A program made the translations under genes and the position numbers. 64,000 nucleotides of DNA from Octopus sinensis. Taxonomy: Eukaryota. Below the pieces are notes generated by a model that saw nothing but the letters and a program-made list of their open reading frames with translations, searched no databases and was not told the origin of the DNA. This document shows positions 46,324-58,507 of the stretch, piece by piece (positions within the stretch are counted from its first letter, which is position 1; each line of letters opens with the position of its first letter). The DNA lies in contig NC_042997.1 of assembly GCF_006345805.1 (NCBI RefSeq), positions 41,974,001 through 42,038,000 of the forward strand, given 5' to 3'.

Positions 46324-49300
46324 TTTGATACTTTGATAGGTTTCGGCCATTATTGGCCCAGGCCATGTCTAACTTAATTAATAGCACCCACCTGGTGAAG
46401 TCTTTCAAGTCAGAATTTGGGCACTATGGCCCACTCAAGTAGAGAGTTATTGTTTACAGAGACATATCCGGGTGTAGGGGGTTTATCCGGGATTTCTTGA
46501 AGGAATCTGTCCAAAGACTTCTTGAACCCTATAGGGTCAGTTTCTGTTTTAATGTGTTTTGGTGTAATGTTAAAGAGAGCGGGGCCAATTGAGGTGAAAT
46601 AATTGTGCCGTATTGTTGTTATGAGATGAGAGTGCGATTTTTTTTTGGGCGGATGGCACGGGGCCCAAGCCTTGGATGTACCTTAAAGGTGATGCCAACA
46701 TCATTTGGGCAATGCTGATGGATATTTTCCACATCATGCAGATGATGTAGCGCTCACGACGACGTTGGAGAGAATAGAGTTTTAGCTTTTCTAGTCGACC
46801 CAATAGTCGAGGCCTGTCATGCCATCTATCTTTTTTGTGATTGCCCTTTGAGGTGCTTCGACTTTTTGATACCTTGTATTGTGTGGGGAGACCACAGTGG
46901 ACAACAGTATTCAAGGTGGGGTCGGGCAAAAGTGGAGAAGAGAAGGATAATGGTGTGGATATCTCTCGACTGGAAAGTTCTGAGAATCCAGGAACACATT
47001 CTGCGGGCCATGTCAACTTTGGTGTTTATATGAGTGGCCCAGCTTACGTTGTTGTCCACAATTACTCCCAAGTCTCTGATGTTGTTGGACGCCGCGAGAG
47101 TTTCACCTGAAGGAAGGGAGTATGGGAGTTTCAGGGCATCCTCTTTTCCAAAGTGGATTAGCTCAAATTTATCCTCGTTCAGCAGCATATTGTTTTTTTC
47201 TGCCCATTGGATAACAGCCAGTAGATCTGACTGAAGGCATGTCCGGTCACTCGCCTCATTTATGACCTTCTGTAGCTTGGAGTCATCTGCAAAGATTTTT
47301 ATGTTGCTGTGCTTGATGATGTCATTAATGTCATTAATGTAAATGATGAAAGAAGTGGGCCCAGCACAGTGCCTTGCGGAACGCCACTACTGACTTTGGC
47401 TGGGCTTGATTTTACCCCTTCAACTACAACATGTTGAGATCTGTCTGTCAGGAAACACTTAATCCATTTCAGTAACTTTCCAGAGACACCAATGTTGGAT
47501 AGTTTTTTCAATAGGATCTTGTGATCGACCCTGTCGAAGGCCTTACTGAAATCAAGGTAGATGACATCGGTGTTGGAGCCCTCTCCCAAAGCTCTCAAAT
47601 GTCCTCAAAGTGATGCAGGAGCTGCGTTAGGCAGTCCCTTCCATTACGGAACCCATGTTGGTTGGAGATCAGCCGTCTGTTGCTTTCCAGAAATTGGGTT
47701 ATTCGAGATCTCACCACCCTCTCAAATACCTTGATGATATGAGAGGTGAGTGAGATCGGACGGTAATTCACTGCAAGGGACTTGTTTCCCTTTTTGAAAC
47801 TGGGACAACAGACTGGGACAGAAGGTTTTTTGGAATATAGCCAGCATCCAGTGAGTTTCTCCACAGATTAGCAAGGGGAGATGCAAGTTGGTGTCGACAC
47901 ACCTTCAGGACACAAGCAGGGAACCTATCGGGGCCTACTGCTGAATTGTGTTTTATTTCGTTTATCGCCGCTAAGACATCAGGGGCACTAAACGTTATGT
48001 CCGATATAGTGTGTTGGGGGTTGACATCACTGATACAGCCCAGATCGGCCATATCAGGATTGCTGAAAACAGAGCAGTATTGTTTCTGCTGCAATCTCGG
48101 TATCTCGGCCATGGATTTGGCATTATCTTGGAGAGTGCCAGTTTCGTCAATTAGAGGGCCTACAGTGGAGACAGTGACCCTGCGTTTTCCTCGCAATGAA
48201 AAGAACACTTGGGGTTGAGTTTGATTTTTTCAATGGCCCACTTCTCCTCAGCTGATCTTTGGTTATTGATGAGGGTCTTCATGCATTGTTGGAGGTTATA
48301 TTTTTTGGATTCAAGCAGTGCGATAGCCGTCGAATGTGTGTGTTGCTGTTGGCAGTACTTTAGTTTGTTAATTTTTTTGTTTGTTCTTTTTATTTTTCTG
48401 ATAATGGTTTTTCTGTTTTGGGGGATTCTGCGCACTTTTTGTTCACAGGTCTTGGTGGGGAGTGTTTTGCACATATGTCTGTGACGGTGTCTCTACAAAA
48501 GATCTGCCAAGATGTTTTATGGTTGGTGGAGATGTGTGTATGTGTAAAGGACCAGTCAAACATTTGATAGCTCGTTCCTGATTGCATCCCAGTTGGCTTT
48601 ATGGAGATCCATGTTGTCCAATGGGTGGGCTGGAGGAAGGTCACTAGGATTAGCTTTCGGCTGGTGGAATTTCATGTTACAGAGAACCATGTCATGGTCT
48701 GAAAGAAGGGTTTTTTTCCACTGTAACGTTATGTATAGTGTTAGTGTGGTTACTAAACACTAGGTCCAAAATGTTCTGATGTCTTTGTTGGTGCAAGGAC
48801 AAGTTGGGACAAGAAAAACTCATTCGTAAAGTCGAAAAGTGACTCTGCTGCTTCTTTGTCAGCGGTTGAGGCGGGAGTGCTTGGTTCAAACAGTTTGTAG
48901 TCCAGTCAAACACAGGGTAGATTGAAGTCTCCCATCATGAGTATGTTGCTAGAATGGCACTGTTGAATAAAGCACTTAATGCTGTTGAGGCATTCTTGAA
49001 AGCACAGTATGGGTGTTTGGGGCGGCCTATAGAGCCCAATTACTGTCAGGTCATTGGCTTTGTTGTGCACGGTGACTGATTCACAGTAGCCGTTGGAGAA
49101 TATACTATTTCCATCTGCCGTAAATGAATCATGCAGGAAAATGGCAGTTCCACCCTCCTCTCCTGCCGATAACGATCCGCGCGGATGGTTGTGAATCTTC
49201 ACTCTCTTTCGGCTTTTCGGCTTCCAAGTGGGAGTTGTCAAGGTGGGTCTCAGTGAGAATGAAGAAAGGGATGTTTTGAATGGTTACCACCCAGTCTTCA

Positions 49301-49631
49301 ATGAATGGACCTTCCATTTTTTGTGCATTGATGGAAGGGCTGACACCTTGTGCATTGAGTAGGAATGTGGAGGTTAGTGTAGTGGCTGGTTTGACTGTTG
49401 CAGGGGGCTTGTTTTTTGTGGTGTGTTAGTGGCAGCAATGTGGGGAATTGGTGCCACTGGGGTAATAGCATAGGATGGTGTTGAGTGATGGCTAGAATGT
49501 TTTTGTGTATCTCTTTTGCCATGTTCAACATGGCTAAAAAAAAAAGAATTTTTCTGCTTAGGGAGGAGGGCAGCAGTATATTGTAGTTTCAATTTTTGCT
49601 GTTGTGTGGTTTGCAAAAGCAGCAAGCCAGC
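46322..49631 (-). mobile_element. Near full-length CR1-group LINE (end of ORF1, ORF2 APE endonuclease plus RT, 3' UTR), frameshifted
   Basis: APE motifs LTETHL, GGTAIF, IGLYRPP and MGDFNLP. RT motifs YRPISLTSHIIKVFER, QHGFRNGRDCLTQLL, YLDFSKAFDRVDH, SGVPQGTVLGPLL, FADD and HLEYCCPLWSP. The 3' end has a GGCC-aataat-GGCC hairpin (46345-46358) and a (TATCAAAG)2 tail running into (TA)n. The 5' part is lost in the gap. Confidence 0.95.
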
Positions 49632-49731
49632 NNNNNNNNNNNNNNNNNNNNNNNNNNNNNNNNNNNNNNNNNNNNNNNNNNNNNNNNNNNNNNNNNNNNN
49701 NNNNNNNNNNNNNNNNNNNNNNNNNNNNNNN
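49632..49731. other. Assembly gap (100 N)
   Basis: Run of exactly 100 N. Adjacency of the two sides is not guaranteed. Confidence 1.
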
Positions 49732-49975
49732 AATCGTACCATGTTAAAACCAAAAACTATTTACATCAAAGAGGGTGCTTTTTTTTGCTATGGAAATCCC
49801 TATTTTTTACGATTCTTTGACTGCCGTGTCGCCATCTTTCGGTGTGTATTTCAACCAGAAAAATGTTCACTTAAAGAGAATAACAAGCTACATAATGCAA
49901 ATTTTTACTTTTCAAAAATTCCAATTCTAAAGGGTCGAAACAAACCCGAGCAACGCCGGCGATATGATACTGCTA

Positions 49976-49976
<1 letters not shown>
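49732..49976 (+). mobile_element. 3' end of a non-autonomous Helitron
   Basis: Subterminal hairpin CCCGAGCAACGCCGG (49945-49959) followed by CTAG, the same terminus as the 56385 and 61648 copies. Confidence 0.6.
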
Positions 49977-50013
<37 letters not shown>

Positions 50014-51210
50014 CCTTTAATCTTATTTTTGTTTCGTCATTGGACTGCGGCCATGTAGCAACGCCTCGAAGGGTTTTAGTCGAACGAATCGATGCCAGTA
50101 CTTACATTTTAAAACCTGGTACTTGTTCTCTTGATCTGCTTTGCCGAACTGCTAAGTTACGGGATGTAAACAAACCAGCACCGGTAGCAGGACACAAACA
50201 CACACAAACACATGCGTGCACGGCAGGATTGTCTCCGTTTCTGTCTACCAAATCCACTCACAAGGCTTTGATCCATCAGGGGCTATAGTCTTTATGTTCT
50301 GAGTTCAAATTCCGCCGGGATCGACTTTGCCTTTCATCCTTTCGAAGTCGATAAAATACGTACCAGTTGAGCACTGGGATCGATGTAATCGACTTAGCCA
50401 CTCCTTCGAAATTACTGGCCTTGTGCCAAAATCTGGAATCAATATCTAATTTCTTCCTTTAAGGCGGCGAGCTGGCAGAATTGTTACCGTACCGGGGAAG
50501 AATGCTTAGCGGCATTTATTCCGACGTTACGTTCTGAGTTCAAATGCCGCCGGAGTCATTGAGTTTACCTTTCATCCTTTTGGAGTTGATAAAACAACTA
50601 CCAGTTGAACACTAGTAGTTGAACACATAATCCACTTAACCCTTCCCACAAATTGTTAATCTTGTGCAAAAATTTGAAACCAATATTTAACCTCTACTTA
50701 TCGTTGAATTTTAATTTCAGCCGTTCAGGTTTCATAAAAACAGTATCAGAGATATAATGTAAGACGATGCAATCAGGCATATATCACACTTTTATATCAT
50801 TAAGGCCAACGTTACAAATCAATGTTTATACTGTGGTGAGTTTTCGGGAAACTGAAAATGTTTCTTCAGCTGAATACACGTCGCTGATTGGTTAAAATTA
50901 CCCCAAAACTTCTAAAATACGAAATTTTGTCAAAAATGTTGAAAATAAACCGTGTTCAGCGTGAGAAATTACACCAGTATACGAAGTTTCACACTGTTTA
51001 GTTACAAAGGAATAATTAATGAGCGAAACTGAAGAGATCCATGTTACCAATGCCTATTCTAGATAGTTGCTCGATCTGCTGGAAATAACAGTCAAAAGTT
51101 TCTCAGAATAAACTCCGTCATCCAGAAAATAGGACACATTGGTTCATGTGGCCCTAGATACTCTGTGTTTGAAGATGAGATCGTTACAATTGCATTTGTA
51201 TTTCGTTTGC

Positions 51211-51247
<37 letters not shown>

Positions 51248-51367
51248 TCTTTCATTCTTTTACTATTTTCTGTCATTTGACTGTGGCCATGCTGGAGCAC
51301 CGCCTTAAAGAATTCTAGTCGAAGAAATCGACATCAGGGCTTATTTTTTGTAAGCGAGGTACTAACT

Positions 51368-51584
51368 CTTATTTCTTTATTGCCCACAAGGGGCTAAACA
51401 CAGAGGGGACAAACAAAGGGATTAAGTCGATTACAGTGCGTAACTGGTACTTATTTAATCGACCCCGAAAGGATGAAAGGCAAAGTCGACCTCGTCGGAA
51501 TTTGAACTCAGAACGTAAAGACTGACGAAATACGGCTACGCATTTCGCCCAGCGTGTTAATGTTTCTGCCAGCTCGCCGCCTTT
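51368..51584 (-). mobile_element. SINE family D monomer with tail type 1, nested in a family-A copy (51250-51890, -)
   Basis: Ends (minus) tgtcccctctgtgtttagccccttgtgggcaataaagaaataag. Family-A sequence continues on both sides. A further D copy with tail 1 lies at 57690-57840 (+). Confidence 0.85.
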
Positions 51585-52051
51585 TACTAATTCTAATTAG
51601 TACTAAGCCTAGTACTAATTTTATCAATTTCTTTTGCCGAACTGCTAACTTACGAGAACGTAAACACACCAACATCGGTTGTCAGGCGATGGTGGGACGA
51701 CAAACACAGACACACACACACACACATAATATATAATATATATAACTGGCTTCTTTCGGTTTCCGTCTACGAAATACACTCACAAGGCTATAGTAGAAGA
51801 CATTTACTCAAAGTGCCACGCAATGGGACTGAATCTGGAACCATGACGTTAGGAAGCAAGCTTCTTATCACACAGCCACACCTGCACCTACACATATATG
51901 TATATACCTACACACACATATACACGCACATATGCATACACGCATCGACACACTTGTACGTATCATCATTGTGGTACATGCATCTCCATTCAGAAAACCT
52001 TTTCTATCGACTCCGCTCAGTGCCATCTGTTTAGTAGTGGCTCTGCTTTAA

Positions 52052-52270
52052 CTCTTTAGCATTTAAACAGCCATATGAGGCTAAAATATTCTACTTGTTT
52101 TATGTTCAAACTGGCCAGATTTGGCCTCTTACACTTACCCCACAATGTCATACTAAAAACAAACAATCACATCATTGAAATTTTGAAGCTGGGAGACAAT
52201 GCATGATTAATTCGAAACAATGTGAATAAATAAGCATTATGTTTGACAGAGTAATCTGAATGTTAATGGG
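52052..52270. mobile_element. piggyBac-type MITE
   Basis: TTAA|CTCTTTAGCATT ... AATGTTAATGGG|TTAA, with a TTAA TSD and degenerate TIRs. Confidence 0.7.
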
Positions 52271-52318
52271 TTAAGGAATTAAGGAATTGTCTTATCACAT
52301 TATACATACATACATACA

Positions 52319-52349
<31 letters not shown>

Positions 52350-52382
52350 TTATATATGTATATATATATATATTTATATTTA

Positions 52383-52599
52383 GGAATGGTCATTTTGCCA
52401 GTTTAGCCAATAAAAACACACGCACTATATATTTGGTGTTACTTTGCTTCAGTGTTATTTATTTTTTACATTAATCTTAATCTTATTTCGGCCAGAGTTC
52501 TTTCGTCACACTCCTGTGACCGCATCAGTGGTCCTTTGTTTTCTTCTTTCTTATTTGTGTCTCTCCTTACTAACCGTCAAATGGCAAAATGACCATTCC
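52383..52599. mobile_element. 217-bp element with perfect 18-bp TIRs and an internal hammerhead-shaped motif
   Basis: GGAATGGTCATTTTGCCA (52383-52400) / TGGCAAAATGACCATTCC (52582-52599). The minus strand at 52534-52490 folds like a type-I hammerhead with one core change. Confidence 0.8.
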
Positions 52600-52669
52600 G
52601 AAATATAACAATATCTGTTTCAACACACGACTTCACATAAAAAATCTTGCACAACAAATATATAAACGT

Positions 52670-53058
52670 ACTATATATATATACATATGTATGTATAAAT
52701 GTATATATATATGTATATATGTATATATATATATATATGTATATATGTATATATATATATGTGTATATATATATGTATATATATACATATATATATATGT
52801 ATATGTGTGTGTATGTGTATATATACGCACACACACACACACACACACAACAATAATAATAATAATCCTCGGATGGAATTTATAAACATTTAATGCATCA
52901 CTACACATGTTTCCACAAATCACGTCTCTTAAGATCACAGTCCGTATTCCTGGAATGATTACAGTGTAGTCCGTAGTGTCTGTAGGGCATCTTCATAGAT
53001 CGTCATCATGGATTCATTTCTTCAGGCGATATAACATTAATGGATGTTTAACCAACCT

Positions 53059-53146
<88 letters not shown>

Positions 53147-53843
53147 CACACACACACGCGCGCATATATACACACAAACACGCACACGATGAGCTTACAC
53201 ATTGCTTCCTTCAACCAAATTTCTTCATAAGGCACTGGTCGGCCCGTCGCTATAGTTAAAGACACTTGACCAAGGTGCCACGCTGTGGGACCGAACTCGG
53301 AACCATATGGCTGCAAAGCGCTTTTAAAAACAGCCGAATGAAAAAAACAAAAAAGACCCCTTCCTCATTTGCAATGCTTGATATTTCCTTTTGGAGAAAG
53401 TATCACGAAATAGTTGGAAGATGTTTTACAGATGTCGGTCATTTTATAAAGATATTATGATAGATTAGTCATGTCTAACTGACAATGTATATTTTTTTCT
53501 CACAACGATCGTGAGTTTCTCATTCAAGTGAACATTTCAAAAGAATTTCTTCTTTATCTTTTTACATAGTATTCTCCCAAAAGATAACTTTCCTCTTGCG
53601 ATCCCCGGATAGAGATCTGAAACGGTTGAAGTGTTAATTATATGGTTTGTTGAAAGTTCAAAGATTTGCCATAATAGTAAAGTCACAGCAGGGCTAATGT
53701 TTCCGCTTAACTTCAGATACAATGGCAGAAAAAACTTAGGAATTTTACGTTTACTGTAAGTGAATGTCTGTCCTTCCGGTCACGAGGTCAAAGTTTTTGA
53801 AACCTTGTATAGCTCCTTGTTTCGAAGTTTAACCTAGTAAAAG

Positions 53844-53888
<45 letters not shown>

Positions 53889-54079
53889 CGAGAGAGTGTG
53901 TGGGGGAGAGATGAAGAGAGACAAACAGATAGACAAGGGACAGACTGCAAAACTAATACAGATTATGAGAACAAGATAGTACGAAGAGACAACAAAAAAG
54001 TGACAGCTAAAAAAAATAAAACAAAATAAAACACAAAATAAAGATAGAGCGATTCTGGATGCGCGTTTGTATAGTGGTG

Positions 54080-54110
<31 letters not shown>

Positions 54111-54318
54111 ATGCGTGTGTGTGTGTGTGTGTGGTGTGGTATTATGTATGTTCACACACGCATATATGTGTGTATATATATGTGTTTCTGTATATAATAT
54201 ATGTATATATATATACACACATGTACACACATGTGAAGATGTATACATACATACATACATACATAATACATATATATATATACAGATATATATATATATA
54301 AAGATATATATATATATA

Positions 54319-54349
<31 letters not shown>

Positions 54350-54400
54350 GTGTATATATAACTTATACACACATGTGAAGATGTATACATACATACATAC

Positions 54401-54450
<50 letters not shown>

Positions 54451-54540
54451 CGCATAACTATTAGTACATACAACATACACACACACACACTCACACCACA
54501 ACACACACACACACGTACACTCAAATATAAACATACATTC
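52670..54540. repeat. Cluster of compound (TA)/(TG)/(CA) microsatellites
   Basis: Tracts at 52670-52865, 53845-53890 and 54080-54540 explain the many low-complexity ORFs here. Confidence 0.9.
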
Positions 54541-54960
54541 ACACATGTTTGTATAGGTAAAGGGAGCGGGGACTTCTATAGCATCATATTTCACATTTCT
54601 GTCAAGAATTTCCAGTCCTTGTATTGTCTGAAAATAGTCTTTTGTGGGTTCTTCAACCAAGTAGTCTCTCCGCATCTCTCTACACCCCCTCTCTTTCTCT
54701 CACTTCATCTTTGTCCCCCTTTCTCTCATATATAAATATATATCGTATTGCTGGTACCTTTGACGATTCCGCGTTTTATCTATGTATTTTTTCCCGTTAA
54801 ACGTTATTCATTGTTAATAAATCGTAATATAATCATCGCCGAACAGCGAGAGGATCTAGGTTTTTTCATTCGCAAAATATATTTATTTTTAAAAGGAAGT
54901 AAAAAATCTAAAAATCGGCTATAATAATGTAACTTTCCTCTCTCATTGCTTTGAAGGTAT

Positions 54961-55172
54961 TACTCTTTTACTCTTTTACTTGTTTCAGTCATTTGACTGG
55001 GGCCATGCTGGAGCACCGCCTTCAATCGAGCAACTCGACCCCGGGACTTATTCTTTTGTAAGCCCAGTACTTATTCTATCGGTCTCTTTTGCCGAACCGC
55101 TAAGTAACGGGAACATAAACACACCAGCATCGGTTGTCAAGCAATGCTAGGGGGACAAACACAGACACACAA

Positions 55173-55215
<43 letters not shown>

Positions 55216-55372
55216 CATATACGACGGGCTTCTTTCAGTTTCCGTCTACCAAATCCACTCACAAGGCTTTGGTCGGCCCGAGGCTCTAGTAGAAGACACT
55301 TGCCCAAGGTGCCACGCAGTGGGACTGAACCCGGAACCATGTGGTTGGTAAACAAGCTACTTACCACACAGC
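54961..55372 (-). mobile_element. SINE family A, young, flanked by a 149-bp direct repeat
   Basis: Near-consensus copy lacking about 10 nt at the 5' end. The repeat copies are 54812-54960 and 55373-55521. Confidence 0.95.
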
Positions 55373-55527
55373 TGTTAATAAATTGTAATATAATCATCGC
55401 TGAACAGCGAGAGGATCTAGTTTTTTTCATTCGCAAAATATACATATTTTTAAAAGAAAGTAAAAAATCTAAAAATCGGCTATAATAATGTGACTTTCCT
55501 CTCTCATTGCTTTGAAGGTATGATGTT

Positions 55528-55921
55528 GTGCAAGTGGAGGCGCAATGGTCCAGTGGTTAGGGCAGCGGACTCGCGGTCATAGGATCGCGGTTTCGATTCC
55601 CAGACCGGGCGTTGTGAGTGTTTATTGAGCGAAAACACCTAAAAGCTCCACGAGGCTCCGGCAGGGGATGGTGGTGATCCCTGCTGTACTCTTTCACCAC
55701 AACTTTCTCTCACTCTTACTTCCTGTTTCTGTTGTACCTGTATTTCAAGGGGCCGGCCTTGTCACTCTCTGTGTCACGCTGAATATCCCCGAGAACTACG
55801 TTAAGGGTACACGTGTCTGTGGAGTGCTCAGCCACTTACACGTTAATTTCACGAGCAGGCTGTTCCGTTGATTCGGATCAACCGGAACCCTCGTCGTCGT
55901 AACCGACGGAGTGCTTCCATC
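55528..55921 (+). mobile_element. SINE family B, full length
   Basis: Nearly identical to 12518-12906. ATGATGTT at 55520-55527 and 55922-55929 is TSD-like. Confidence 0.95.
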
Positions 55922-56384
55922 ATGATGTTATAGAGAAGAAAAATTTCAGTTAAGCTCTTGAAACGTGAAGCTAACTGTTTAAGAAATACGCCTAATTAAT
56001 ATTTTTAGGAACAGAGTTAATCTAGTGAAATCATAAATCCAGGTGAGTCAATGAGTCCCAAAAGAAGAATCAAGTGTGAAGAGTCAACACAAACAACAGC
56101 AGCATAGATAACAGTGAACCACGACGGAGCGTGCGGTTGTCATGGTAACAAGCTGCTGATGCTGTTGATTGGCTAGAATTACTAAAATTTCCCAAATTTA
56201 ATTCCAAATTTAATTCAGATTCTTTAATTTATGAGATAAAGTAATTGATTGATCGCAATAAAAATTCAGAGTTGCCTCGATACACCAAAACTGAAAGCAA
56301 TCTGAGCAAAATTAAGTGGGGCTCATTTTGTGAATGAGAAAGATTGGATCCCAGCGAGAATCAAAACGATGACTTTATTTATAA

Positions 56385-56760
56385 CTAGCAGTATCACCCG
56401 GCGTTGCTCGGGTTTGTAAGGGAAATAACTATCAAGCATTTTTAGAGAGTTATAGCCAAAAAATAGCAAAAAAATGGAAAAAAAAAGTATGGTAAAATTT
56501 TTTTTGAGAGTAAAAAAGGTCGAGTTGCGTCCCCTAGACAGTCTATGGTTTGTGTTTCTGATTCTCGACCCCATGTCGAATTTATCGATTTTTTTCAGAA
56601 CTGGGGGAATTTTTCAAAATTTTCGCTTCGTTAGTTTTGAATTATGACATTGGGCTATGTGTGTGTCAAGTTTCATCAGAATCGGTTGAAAGCCGTGGTC
56701 AGAGTGAGGGTACGAGAAAACAGACACACAGACAGACAAACTGCCGTTTATATAGAGAGA
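56385..56760 (-). mobile_element. Non-autonomous Helitron (about 376 bp)
   Basis: The minus strand starts A|TCTCTCTATATAAA and ends with hairpin CCCGAGCAACGCCGGG plus CTAG|T. It has an A|T target, no TSD and an internal (CTGT)n. Confidence 0.8.
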
Positions 56761-56956
56761 TCTTAATACGTTCCGATAGTTTCGAACGAAGACCAGCTAA
56801 TTTCCGTCATGTTTCACCACAGGAAAACAGATTCGAGTAAGTTATCAATACACATCAGTCGTAAAAGCGAAGCTGTTCTCCTGTGACAAAACACAAAGCC
56901 GATTAGTATATCCAATTTCGAATCTACCGGAACATATTAAGAATAAATATGAAAGT

Positions 56957-57370
56957 CAGGAGTGGCTGTGTGGTATGTAGCTTGCTAACCAACCACATGG
57001 TTCCGGGTTCAGTCCCACTGCGTGGCATCTTGGGCAAGTGTCTTCTGCTATAGCCCCGGGCCGACCAATGACTTGTGAGTGGATTTGGTAGACGGAAACT
57101 GAAAGAAGCCTGTCGTATATATGTATATGTATATATATGTATGTGTGTGTTTGTGTGTCTGTGTTTGTCCCCCTAGCATTGCTTGACAGCCGATGCTGGT
57201 GTGTTTACGTCCCCGTCACTTAGCGGTTCGGCAAAAGAGACCGATAGAATAAGTACTGGGCTTACAAAGAATAAGTCCCGGGGTCGATTTGCTCGACTAA
57301 AGGTGGTGCTCCAGCATGGCCGCAGTCAAATGACTGAAACAAGTAAAAGAGTAAAAAGAGTAAAGAGAGT
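56957..57370 (+). mobile_element. SINE family A, full length
   Basis: Complete head, central microsatellite and (AAAGAGT)n tail. Confidence 0.95.
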
Positions 57371-58056
57371 CATGGTATTCATTGTTGTTGCTATTTAGCT
57401 ATAGGATAACCCTGATTAAGTCAGATTATGATCAAAGATTATTGATCAAAAGCGTTCACTATTTCGTCTGTTTCTAGACGCTGTTAATCAGACGACTTTA
57501 TTCATTACATCTTTTTATTTTATTTTAAGCAGTAGGGTTTAATTTCACTCAGTCTCTATCTACCAAATTCATTCACATGGCATAAGTCGGCCTGGGGCTA
57601 TACTAGAAGACACTTTTTCAACATACAGTACTGTGGTTGTGAGGCGTACATCTTGAGCTTATCGTTGTACTTGCGCCCCTATGCAAGCGTAGATATCAGC
57701 ATTAGAAATATGCGTTCCTTTCGGGGTCGATTAAATAGGTACCAGTTACGCACTGGAGTCGATGTAATCGACTTAATCCCTCTGTCTGTCCTTGTTTGTC
57801 TCCGCTATCTTTATCACCCTGTGGGCAATAAAGAAATAAATATTATGGTGTCTCTTGCATGAAAGCTTTGATCAGGTATCATTTTTGTGTACATAGTAAA
57901 CCAGCGTTAATTAGAAAGAGCATGGAAATTTGTGTGAGGGAATACAATAATTCATATGGCATTACAAGACTGACAAAGCAAAAACGACTTAATCTATTTA
58001 CCGTACTTGCCGGCGTATAAAAAGCAATCTTAATTTATACATACATACATCCATAC

Positions 58057-58385
58057 TTAGGAGCACTCCGTCGGTTACGACGACGAGGGTCCCAGCTGAT
58101 ACGATCAACGGAACAGCTTGCTCGTGGAATTAACGTGCAAGTGACTGAGCAATCCACAGACACGTGTACCCTTAACGTAGTTCTCAGGGAGATTCAGCGT
58201 GACACAGAGTGTGACAAGGTCGGCCCTTTGAAATACAGGTACAACTCATTTTTGCCAGCTGAGTGGACTGGAGCAACGTGAAATAAAGTGTCTTGTTCAA
58301 GGACACAACGCGTCGCCGGGAATCGAACTCACGACCTTACAATCGTCAGTCGAATGCCCTAACCACTAAGCCACGCGCCTTCACA
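58057..58385 (-). mobile_element. SINE family C (tRNA-like head, central box, 3' half shared with family B)
   Basis: Head gtgaaggcgcgtggcttagtggttaggg..gagttcgattcc, central gtgtccttgaacaagacacttt..ccagtccactcagctgg, and a 3' part of about 170 nt matching family B from gtacctgtatttcaa onward. Inserted in (CATA)n. Confidence 0.9.
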
Positions 58386-58475
58386 CATCCATCCATCCAT
58401 CCATCCATCCATACATACATACATACATACATACATACATACATGCATGCATACATACATACATACATACATACA

Positions 58476-58507
<32 letters not shown>

